Source of the DNA: Gammaproteobacteria bacterium
Lineage (GTDB): Bacteria; Pseudomonadota; Gammaproteobacteria; GCA-001735895
Assembly (NCBI GenBank): GCA_026989015.1
Contig: JALSKD010000177.1
Coordinates: 401 to 64,400, forward strand
Direction: 5' to 3'
Length of the DNA: 64,000 nucleotides
Each line of letters opens with the position of its first letter. Position 1 is the stretch's first letter. This document shows positions 1 through 6,652 of this stretch, piece after piece. The notes below the pieces were generated by a model. It had not been told where the DNA came from and did not search any database. It saw only the letters and a program-made list of their open reading frames with translations. The translations under genes were made by a program, and so were the position numbers.

Positions 1-440
1 ACACCCTCGGCGAGCAGTTTCTTCAGCTGAGCGTTGTCGATGTTGCTGTATTTGGGTTTCTCGATCGCCATCAGCTCGACTTCGAACTTGAGCGTGGAAT
101 TGGCAGGAATCAGGCCATTGCCGACCGCGCGGCTGCCATAGGCCAGCTGCGGGGGGATGATCAGCTCCCGCTTCTCGCCCACACGCATGCCGGCAACGCC
201 CTGTTCCCAGCCGGGGATCACGCGCCCGGCGCCCAGCTCGAACTGGATCGGCTGGCCTCGCTCGCGGCTGGAATCGAACTGCTTGCCATCCATCAGCCAG
301 CCGGTGTAGTGGACGGATACGGTATCGCCCGGTTGAGCTTCGGGGCCGCTGCCTTCCTTCAGTGTCTTGACCTGCAGACCGGCTGCCTGGGCCAGCCCCA
401 GATACAGCGCCATGATCCAGAACAGAGTGATGCGTCGCAT
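1..440 (-). CDS. FKBP-type peptidyl-prolyl cis-trans isomerase (C-terminal end runs off window start)
   Basis: Minus-strand translation from ATG at 438-440 gives MRRITLFWIMALYLGLAQAAGLQVKTLKEGSGPEAQPGDTVSVHYTGWLMDGKQFDSSRERGQPIQFELGAGRVIPGWEQGVAGMRVGEKRELIIPPQLAYGSRAVGNGLIPANSTLKFEVELMAIEK..., i.e. a signal peptide followed by a canonical FKBP domain. It is missing from the ORF track because the window edge truncates it. Confidence 0.8.
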   Translation of the reverse strand, partial: MRRITLFWIMALYLGLAQAAGLQVKTLKEGSGPEAQPGDTVSVHYTGWLMDGKQFDSSRERGQPIQFELGAGRVIPGWEQGVAGMRVGEKRELIIPPQLAYGSRAVGNGLIPANSTLKFEVELMAIEKPKYSNIDNAQLKKLLAEG

Positions 441-616
441 TGTGTATGCCTCTCGGGTTGCAAAGGTCGATGTGACCGCATGCGGCCATGAAAGTTGCGG
501 AGGATAGCCGATTGCGCCGGGGCTCGCCTTGATCTTTTGCCGTGGATCGAGCAGGCCGGCAAAGCGGCCTCGCCTACCACTGAGCCGTGTTTTCCCTTAG
601 AATACCAGCGCTTCAT

Positions 617-703
617 GCCGGGGTGGCGGAACTGGTAGACGCAGCGGATTCAAAATCCGCCGGTGGCGACACCTTGGGGGTTCGAGTCCCCCCCCCGGTA
701 CCA
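617..703 (+). tRNA. tRNA-Leu (anticodon CAA)
   Basis: GCCGGGG acceptor stem pairing with CCCCGGT, with A as discriminator and CCA at the 3' end. Anticodon stem GCGGA/TCCGC encloses loop TTCAAAA. Long Leu-type variable arm. T-arm GGGGG-TTCGAGT-CCCCC. Length 87 nt. Confidence 0.9.
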
Positions 704-715
704 GTTTTGCGGATG

Positions 716-749
716 GACCGGCCCCGGGGCCGGTTCGCACCGCTTTTTT
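716..749 (+). terminator. Possible intrinsic terminator after tRNA-Leu
   Basis: GACCGGCCCC/GGGGCCGGTT palindrome followed, 8 nt later, by TTTTTT. The T-run is somewhat distant from the stem. Confidence 0.35.
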
Positions 750-774
750 CAAGCCACGCTTGCCCAGGGATCAT

Positions 775-1402
775 CATGAACAGACTCGCTTCTCTCCTTT
801 GCGCCTTCACCCTCGTCCTCGTCAGCGTCCACGCCGCCGCACAGGCCCCGGGCTACCGTTACCAGCCCTATGCCCAGTACCCCAACTACCAGCAACAATC
901 ACCGGTGGAGCTGCTTCAGATGGCCATCAATGTGCTGCAGGATTACATCAAGACCGGCAAGTTCAACAATCCGGACGAGGTGGTGGCCTTCCTCGACGCC
1001 AATTTCTCGCAGTTTTTCGATTTCGAGCAAATGGCACGCTGGGCCGCCGGCTATCACTATGCGCGCATGAACTCGGCGCAGCGCTATATCTTCCAGACCA
1101 ACCTCAAGCGCCTGTTCTTCGCCGCCTTCGCGCGCATCATCAGCGCCTACGGCGACAAGCAGCCCCGGGTCGAATTCCTGCCGCCACGGCGCATCAGCTA
1201 CAACGAGGTGCTGGTCACCGCGCGCATCACCCCGTCCACCGGCGGTTACCCGGTCCGCGTCGATTTCCGCTTCGCCCAGGGTCCGCTGGGCTGGAAGATC
1301 TATGATGTCGGCACCAACGGCAGCTCCGCGGTGGCCTATTACCGCGCCTACTTCAACAATCTGATCCGTACCCGGGGCTACGGCGCGCTGCTGCAGCAGT
1401 AA
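775..1402 (+). CDS. MlaC/Ttg2D-family periplasmic (phospho)lipid-binding protein with signal peptide
   Basis: MNRLASLLCAFTLVLVSVHAAAQA signal peptide. The C-terminal half (…YIFQTNLKRLFFAAFARIISAYGD…VRVDFRFAQGPLGWKIYDVGTNGSSAVAYYRAYFNNLIRTRGYGALLQ) aligns by eye to E. coli MlaC (…REAYFAAFREYL…[48 protein letters not shown]). The track ORF 587..1402 begins upstream inside the tRNA; the true start is the ATG at 775. Confidence 0.7.
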
Positions 1403-1420
1403 GCCAAGGATTCCCCGCTC

Positions 1421-2359
1421 ATGGACACTCATCGTCTGCTCGTCAAGCTGAGCACCCGGATCCTGCTGCAATTCCTGCTGGCGCTGGTGCTGGTGGCCGT
1501 TGCCATCGGCATGAACCTGGATTTCCTGCGCGGCTTCTACTTCGAAAACCAGCAGACCCCGACCGGCGTCATCCTCAACAGCGTGATCGTCGGTATCCTG
1601 CTGATCGGCCTGCTCAACCTGCTGTGGCTGCTGCTGCGCTACCGTCGCGAGGAGGCAGCCATTGCCGGCTTCGTCGAAAACATCGAGGCGATCCGCCCCG
1701 ATCCGACCGAGGGGCTGGACCCGCACAGCCTGATCGCCAAGCGTTATGCGACGATGAAATCCATCAGCGCGGTGCACGGCGAGATCAACCACAACGCGCT
1801 GGCAGCGATGCTCACCGCCGACGAGGGCACGCGCCTCGGCCTGGTGCGCTTTATCAACAACATCCTGATTCTCACCGGTGTGTTCGGCACCATCGTCTCG
1901 CTATCGATCGCCCTGCTCGGCGCTTCCGACCTGATTGAATCCGCCGGCACCGGACTCGACGGCATGGGACTGGTGATCCACGGCATGTCCACCGCCCTGT
2001 CCACCACCATCACCGCCATCGTCAGCTATGCGCTGTTCGGCTATTTCTTCCTGCGCCTCAAGGATGTGCAGACTCACCTGATCAGCGGCATCGAACACCT
2101 GACCTCGGTCTACCTGATTCCGCGTTTCGTCAAGCGCAGCGAAGACCTGCTGACCCAGGTCAGTGGCCTGATCAAGGGTGTCATCCGCGCCACCGAGAAG
2201 ATGAACGAAACCCAGGAGACCTACCGCTCCTCCGCCAGCACGCTGCTGCAGATCCTGTCCGGGCACAAGCAGCAGATGGACCGGCTGGCCGGCGACATCG
2301 GCGAGATCAAAGCCATACTGCGCGACGGCTTCCGCCTGCCCGAGCCGCCCGCCGAGTAA
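1421..2359 (+). CDS. MotA/TolQ/ExbB-family proton channel (stator A-subunit-like), 4 TM
   Basis: TM1-TM2 pair at the N-terminus, a cytoplasmic loop of about 80 aa, then a TM3-TM4 pair containing the family motifs ILTGVFGTIVSLSIAL and GMSTALSTTITAIVSYALFGYFF. A cytoplasmic tail of about 100 aa follows. AAGGA ribosome-binding site 8 nt upstream. Only 18 nt separate it from the MlaC-like gene. Confidence 0.7.
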   Translation: MDTHRLLVKLSTRILLQFLLALVLVAVAIGMNLDFLRGFYFENQQTPTGVILNSVIVGILLIGLLNLLWLLLRYRREEAAIAGFVENIEAIRPDPTEGLDPHSLIAKRYATMKSISAVHGEINHNALAAMLTADEGTRLGLVRFINNILILTGVFGTIVSLSIALLGASDLIESAGTGLDGMGLVIHGMSTALSTTITAIVSYALFGYFFLRLKDVQTHLISGIEHLTSVYLIPRFVKRSEDLLTQVSGLIKGVIRATEKMNETQETYRSSASTLLQILSGHKQQMDRLAGDIGEIKAILRDGFRLPEPPAE

Positions 2360-2365
2360 CGCGCG

Positions 2366-3364
2366 ATGAGCGCCTTTCCCAGCCTCGGCCCGCACAGCCT
2401 CGACTCGGACAATGAGGGCGGTTCCTTCTGGCCTTCCTTCACCGACATCATGATGGTGGTGGTGATGATCTTCCTGTTCGCCACCAGCCTGCTGATCGTG
2501 CGCAACTGGAACCTGGTCGCCGAGCTGCAGGCCAGTCTTGAGGCCGAGCGCCTGGCCGAGCAGATGATCCAGAGCACAACCGAGGAAAACGCCACACTGG
2601 AAGAGCGTCTGACCAATGCCGAGCAGCTCAATTCCATTCTCCGGCTGCGCCTGCTGGAAAAGGAAGAGCAACTGAAGCGGGACCAGCAGGAAATCGCCGC
2701 ACGGCAGCTTCGGATTCAGCAACTGGAGGAAGCGCAACAACAGCTGCAGGCGCAGAAGGCGTCCCTCGATCAGCGCATCCGCAGCATCGAACAGGAACTC
2801 GACAGCACACGCAGCGAACTGGTGAGCAGCAAGGACGAGACCCGCAGCCTTGCCGAGCGTCTGGCGCTTCAGGAGCAGCGCCTCGAGCAACAGCAGTTGC
2901 AGGTGAAAACCGCCCGCGAGCAGCTCGAACAGGCCCGGCAGCGCATCGCCAGCCTGAGCGCCCGCAACCAGGAACAACAACAGAAGATCGGTCTGCTGGA
3001 GCAGGAGAAGATCGACTACAACCGCCAGTTGCTGACCCTCAAGGGCGAGTACGAGGTGGTCAAATCCAAGTACGAGGAGCTGATCAAGCCGGCGCGCACC
3101 GCCAAGGGCAAGTATGTGGCCGAGGTCTACTATGTAAAGGGCAAGAAGGGCAAGGTCATCCGTTTCAAGGAACCGGGCGACGCCACCTTCCGCAACCTCA
3201 GCCTGGAACAGGTGGAAGCCCGCCTGGCCGAACTGAAGCAGGAAAAGGGCAAGGACCTGTATGTCAAGATCATCATCCCCAAGGACAGCGGCCTGACCTA
3301 CAACGAAGCCTGGAATTTCATGAAGAACCTGCTCGAGAAATACGACTACTACTATCAGCAGTGA
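2366..3364 (+). CDS. MotB/TolR/ExbD-like membrane anchor with long periplasmic coiled-coil and novel C-terminal domain (no OmpA domain)
   Basis: N-terminus GGSFWPSFTDIMMVVVMIFLFATSLLIV matches the MotB plug/TM (W..[FY][AT]D[LM]M) and retains the catalytic Asp at position 27. Residues about 53-245 are Gln/Glu/Leu/Arg-rich heptad coiled-coil. The C-terminal region of about 95 aa (KGKYVAEVYYVKGKKGKVIRFKEPGD…YDYYYQQ) is unlike OmpA_C. The start is 6 nt after the motA-like stop. Confidence 0.6.
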   Translation: MSAFPSLGPHSLDSDNEGGSFWPSFTDIMMVVVMIFLFATSLLIVRNWNLVAELQASLEAERLAEQMIQSTTEENATLEERLTNAEQLNSILRLRLLEKEEQLKRDQQEIAARQLRIQQLEEAQQQLQAQKASLDQRIRSIEQELDSTRSELVSSKDETRSLAERLALQEQRLEQQQLQVKTAREQLEQARQRIASLSARNQEQQQKIGLLEQEKIDYNRQLLTLKGEYEVVKSKYEELIKPARTAKGKYVAEVYYVKGKKGKVIRFKEPGDATFRNLSLEQVEARLAELKQEKGKDLYVKIIIPKDSGLTYNEAWNFMKNLLEKYDYYYQQ

Positions 3365-3849
3365 ATCCGTCCATGGAAAAGATACTGGTCAGCGCCTGCC
3401 TGCTCGGCGCTCCACTGCGTTACGACGGTGCGGACAACCGCTGCGATCACCCCCTGCTCGACCGCTGGTCGCGGCAAGGCCGCCTGATCGACATCTGCCC
3501 GGAAACCGCTGGCGGGCTGCCCACGCCACGCCCGCCCGCCGAGCGGAGGGGCGGTCGCGTCGTGACCGCCCGCGGAGACGACCTCACCGAAGCCTTCTCC
3601 CGCGGCGCTGCCGCCGCCGTGGACCTGTGCCGGACCCACGACATTCGCCTTGCCCTGCTGGCCGCACGCAGCCCCTCCTGCGGCAACCGCATGATCTACG
3701 ACGGCCGGTTCAGCGGCCGCCTGATCCCCGGCGCCGGTGTGACCGCCGAACGGCTGCAGGCCATCGGAGTGCGGGTTTTCGAGCCTGCGCAGATCGATGA
3801 ACTGGCCGCCACACTGAACCGCCTCGAAACGGAGAACGCCCATGCGTAA
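3361..3849 (+). CDS. DUF523 (TudS-like, 2-thiouracil desulfidase family) protein
   Basis: The VSACLLGAPLRYDG and SPSCG cysteine motifs are typical of DUF523 (a recollection, not a search). The track start is GTG at 3361; an ATG lies in frame at 3373. It overlaps the preceding stop, consistent with translational coupling. Confidence 0.7.
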   Translation: MNPSMEKILVSACLLGAPLRYDGADNRCDHPLLDRWSRQGRLIDICPETAGGLPTPRPPAERRGGRVVTARGDDLTEAFSRGAAAAVDLCRTHDIRLALLAARSPSCGNRMIYDGRFSGRLIPGAGVTAERLQAIGVRVFEPAQIDELAATLNRLETENAHA

Positions 3850-4453
3850 TGCCTGGCCTGCCCTGCTCGCCCTGCTGTTCGTCGCCCTCTCGATCTGGTC
3901 GGCCATCGAACCCGCCTCGCGGGAAGTCTGGATCGCGGAAGTGATTCCGGTGTTCGCCGCCTTTCTGCTGCTGCTCCTTACCTATCCAAAGTTCCGTTTC
4001 AGCAACACCGCCTACACGCTGATGACCGGCTGGCTGATCCTGCACACCATCGGCGCCCATTACACCTTCGCCAATGTGCCCTTCGACTGGTTCAACCGGC
4101 TGATCGGCTCCGAACGCAACCAGTTCGATCGGGTAGCCCACTACATCATCGGCTTCTATGCCTACCCGATGGCCGAGTTCCTCTACCGCAAGGGCTACAG
4201 CGGCAAATACCTCGCCAGCCTGTTCGGGCTGTTCTTCATCATGAGCGTGGCCGCCGGCTACGAAATCATCGAATGGATCTATGCCGACCTCGAAGGCGGC
4301 GAGGCGGGCATCGAATTCCTCGGCTCCCAGGGCGACATCTGGGACGCCCAAAAGGACATGCTGGCCGACACCCTGGGTGCGGTCACCAGCCTGCTGTTGT
4401 TCCTGTGGATGTACCGGGGGCGTCCGGTACGGCTGTCTACCGGTGAAGCCTGA
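3842..4453 (+). CDS. DUF2238/YjdF-like inner-membrane protein
   Basis: Multi-TM protein …TGWLILHTIGAHYTFANVPFDWFNRLIGSERNQFDRVAHY…; the family assignment is from memory. ATG at 3842 overlaps the DUF523 stop by 8 nt. Confidence 0.55.
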   Translation: MRNAWPALLALLFVALSIWSAIEPASREVWIAEVIPVFAAFLLLLLTYPKFRFSNTAYTLMTGWLILHTIGAHYTFANVPFDWFNRLIGSERNQFDRVAHYIIGFYAYPMAEFLYRKGYSGKYLASLFGLFFIMSVAAGYEIIEWIYADLEGGEAGIEFLGSQGDIWDAQKDMLADTLGAVTSLLLFLWMYRGRPVRLSTGEA

Positions 4454-4949
4454 ACCCCGCGAGCGCCCGCTGATCCGCCCGATGGGCACAGAGGACTTCG
4501 CCACCTTCTGGCCCGTGTTTCGCGCCATCGTGCAGGCGCGCGACAGCTACGCCATCGACCCGGACATCGGTTTCGAGGCGGCCCGCAGCCACTGGCTGGA
4601 ACACCCCCTCGAAACCCGTGCCGCCTTCATCGGCGACCGGCTGGCCGGAAGCTATTACCTGAAAGCGAATTTCGACGGTCCCGCCGATCACATCGGCAAC
4701 TGCGGCTTCATGGTCGATCCGCGGTTTCGCGGGCGCGGTATCGCCCATGCAATGGCCGAGGAGGCGCTGGTCCGGGCCCGCCAAGCCGGTTTCTCGGCCC
4801 TGCAATTCAACCTGGTGCTCGCCAGCAACGCTCCGGCGCTGCACCTGTGGCGCAGCCTCGGTTTTGCCGAAATCGGCCGCATTCCGGATGCCTACCGCCA
4901 CCGTGATCTGGATCAGGTGGATGCCCTCGTCATGTACCGGCGGCTGTGA
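4443..4949 (+). CDS. GNAT family N-acetyltransferase
   Basis: …CGFMVDPRFRGRGIAHAMAEEALVRARQAGFSALQFNLVLASNAPALHLWRSLGFAEIGRI… is a GNAT core fold. A GTG start at 4443 would overlap the upstream stop; the first ATG is at 4482. Confidence 0.75.
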   Translation: MKPEPRERPLIRPMGTEDFATFWPVFRAIVQARDSYAIDPDIGFEAARSHWLEHPLETRAAFIGDRLAGSYYLKANFDGPADHIGNCGFMVDPRFRGRGIAHAMAEEALVRARQAGFSALQFNLVLASNAPALHLWRSLGFAEIGRIPDAYRHRDLDQVDALVMYRRL

Positions 4950-4986
4950 GAAGATCATCCTGATCCGAACCCCGGAGATCCCAACG

Positions 4987-5439
4987 ATGGAACTGGCGCT
5001 GATTCACCCGATGCTGGTGCATTTCCCGCTGGCGCTGATGCCGCTTGTGGTTTTGCTGCAGGTCTGGGGATTGATCCGAGGCGAGGCCCTGTTCGGCCGG
5101 AACTGCCTGGCGCGCAGCCTGCTGTGGCTGACGGCCGTGGCCGGACTGTCGGCAATCGCCGCTGCCCTGTTCGGCGACACGGCGCTGGACATCGCCGTCG
5201 AACGCGGTTTCCCTCCCGACACGCTCGAAGACCACCAGTCCCTGGGCCAGACCAGCGCGCTGCTGATGGCCGCACTGGCCGTCATCCATGCCCTGCTCTA
5301 CCTGCGGCAGACGGATTCGCGGGGCGGCCCTGGCCTGAGCCTGCTCATCATCAGCAGCGCGGTCCTCATCATCCTGCTGACGACGGCTTTCTATGGCGGC
5401 AACTTGGTTTATGTGCTCGGGGTCAATGTCGCCGGCTGA
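4987..5439 (+). CDS. DUF2231-like small membrane protein
   Basis: MELALIHPMLVHFPLALMPLVVLLQVWGLI…; the MLVHFPLAL signature and 4 TM segments are typical of DUF2231 (from memory). ATG at 4987. Confidence 0.55.
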   Translation: MELALIHPMLVHFPLALMPLVVLLQVWGLIRGEALFGRNCLARSLLWLTAVAGLSAIAAALFGDTALDIAVERGFPPDTLEDHQSLGQTSALLMAALAVIHALLYLRQTDSRGGPGLSLLIISSAVLIILLTTAFYGGNLVYVLGVNVAG

Positions 5440-6137
5440 CAGCGTCGACATCCATTACAGCCGGCTCGGCCCTGTTCGACCAAGTCCCGCAAGCGCCGCC
5501 CCGGGCAGTCTTCGAATACCTCTTCGAGCACCGTCATCCGTTCAATGCGGTCGATGCGAAAATTGCGCAGGGCCTGTCGCAGTTCGCACCAGGCTCCCAG
5601 CGTCCATACCTGCCCCCAGAAGAACAGCCCCAGGGGCCACAGCACCCGCTCGCTGATGCGTTCTTCCAAACTGAGGTAACGTATGGAGAGCTTGTGGCGG
5701 CGATCCACGGCCTGACGCACTTCGGCGAGGCGCAACGCCGTTTGCGGATCCAGCCGCTGCATGGGCGAATACAGTTGGGTGGCATCCAGATCTGCGCGTT
5801 GCGCTTCCGGCACGGCACTGTGGATCTTGCTCAGCGCCGACTGGGCCGCCGTCGCCAGGGCCGGATCACTCCAGCTGTCGACGATGCGCGCACCCAGTGC
5901 CAGGGCCGCCAACTCCTCACGGTCGAACATCAGTGGCGGCAAGTCATAGCCTTTGCGGATCACATAACCGACCCCGGCCTCACCTTCTATGGGCACGGCA
6001 CTGGCCATCAGGTCCTGAATGTCACGATAGATGGTGCGTTTGGAGACTTCGAGGCGTTCCGCCAGCCAGGCCGCCGTGGTCACACGCCGACCGCGCAGGA
6101 ACTGAACGATCCTGAACAGCCGGTCGGCGCGCCGCAT
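5409..6137 (-). CDS. YafY-family transcriptional regulator (wHTH + WYL domain)
   Basis: N-terminal HTH (VTTAAWLAERLEVSKRTIYRDIQDL) and a C-terminal WYL-type region (RVLWPLGLFFWGQVWTLGAWCELRQALRNFRIDRI). The 3' end overlaps the convergent DUF2231 gene by about 30 nt. Confidence 0.8.
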   Translation of the reverse strand: MRRADRLFRIVQFLRGRRVTTAAWLAERLEVSKRTIYRDIQDLMASAVPIEGEAGVGYVIRKGYDLPPLMFDREELAALALGARIVDSWSDPALATAAQSALSKIHSAVPEAQRADLDATQLYSPMQRLDPQTALRLAEVRQAVDRRHKLSIRYLSLEERISERVLWPLGLFFWGQVWTLGAWCELRQALRNFRIDRIERMTVLEEVFEDCPGRRLRDLVEQGRAGCNGCRRCQPATLTPST

Positions 6138-6143
6138 CGTCTG

Positions 6144-6530
6144 TCAATCCCCGCCGCTGAGGGTGATCATGGAGATCACCGCGCCCTGGGGATCCCTGAT
6201 CACGCAGAAGCGCCCGATATCGGGAATATCCCTCGGTGCCATCAGAACCTTGCCGCCCAGTTCCTCTGCAAGCTTGGCGCGGGCATCGACATCATCCACC
6301 GCCACATAGGCACCCCAGCAGGGTGGCATGCCAGCGGCTTCGGCCGGCATCCCCATAACGCCTCCCTGTCCCTGTTCTCCACAGCGAATCACCGCGTAGG
6401 GCTCCTTACCGGGCATGTCCTGATAGGACCAGCCGAACATTCGGCCATAGAAAGCCTGGGCAGCGGCAGGGTCGGTGGTCATCAGTTCGTTCCAGCAGAA
6501 ACTGCCGTGTCCGGGGGTGCGTGTGCTCAT
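6144..6530 (-). CDS. VOC/glyoxalase-like family protein
   Basis: MSTRTPGHGSFCWNELMTTDPAAAQAFYGRMFGWSY…GGKVLMAPRDIPDIGRFCVIRDPQGAVISM is glyoxalase/bleomycin-resistance-fold like. It lies immediately upstream of the YafY regulator in the same operon. The start is taken at the internal ATG of track ORF 6144..6569. Confidence 0.7.
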   Translation of the reverse strand: MSTRTPGHGSFCWNELMTTDPAAAQAFYGRMFGWSYQDMPGKEPYAVIRCGEQGQGGVMGMPAEAAGMPPCWGAYVAVDDVDARAKLAEELGGKVLMAPRDIPDIGRFCVIRDPQGAVISMITLSGGD

Positions 6531-6575
6531 CTCTGTTCTCCGTTGTGGTGTGAGTCTCCACTGTAACACCCCCCT

Positions 6576-6640
6576 GCTGACAGCCTGCTGTCAGCAACCT
6601 CGAGCACGAAAGCCGCCTGAATGAAGTTGGCTGTCAGCCA
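6576..6640. promoter_or_regulatory. Candidate operator: GCTGACAGC-ct-GCTGTCAGC perfect inverted repeat plus third TGGCTGTCAGCCA half-palindrome
   Basis: Seen directly at 6576-6595 and 6628-6640, in the promoter region of the VOC-yafY operon. Confidence 0.3.
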
Positions 6641-6652
6641 CAGCTTGGGCAC

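Noticed and set aside
560-616. Sigma-70 promoter for tRNA-Leu (TAGAAT at 598-603).
   Set aside because: The -10-like hexamer is well placed, but no convincing -35 lies at 16-18 nt spacing. Left unannotated.
899-1792. 297-aa minus-strand ORF overlapping the MlaC-like and MotA-like genes.
   Set aside because: Antisense to two well-supported genes. The translation is Gly/Ala/Arg-rich and typical of high-GC antisense frames. No recognisable motifs.
1421-3364. Assignment of the MotAB-like pair to the Zorya anti-phage system (ZorAB).
   Set aside because: The A-subunit tail here is only about 100 aa, while ZorA has a very long tail. The long coiled-coil is on the B-subunit, whereas ZorB has a PG-binding domain. 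No ZorC/D/E-like helicase or nuclease genes are adjacent. So the locus does not fit known Zorya types. It is kept as an open hypothesis only.
5124-6566. 480-aa plus-strand ORF spanning the yafY and VOC genes.
   Set aside because: Antisense to two genes with clear domain signatures. No start-site support.
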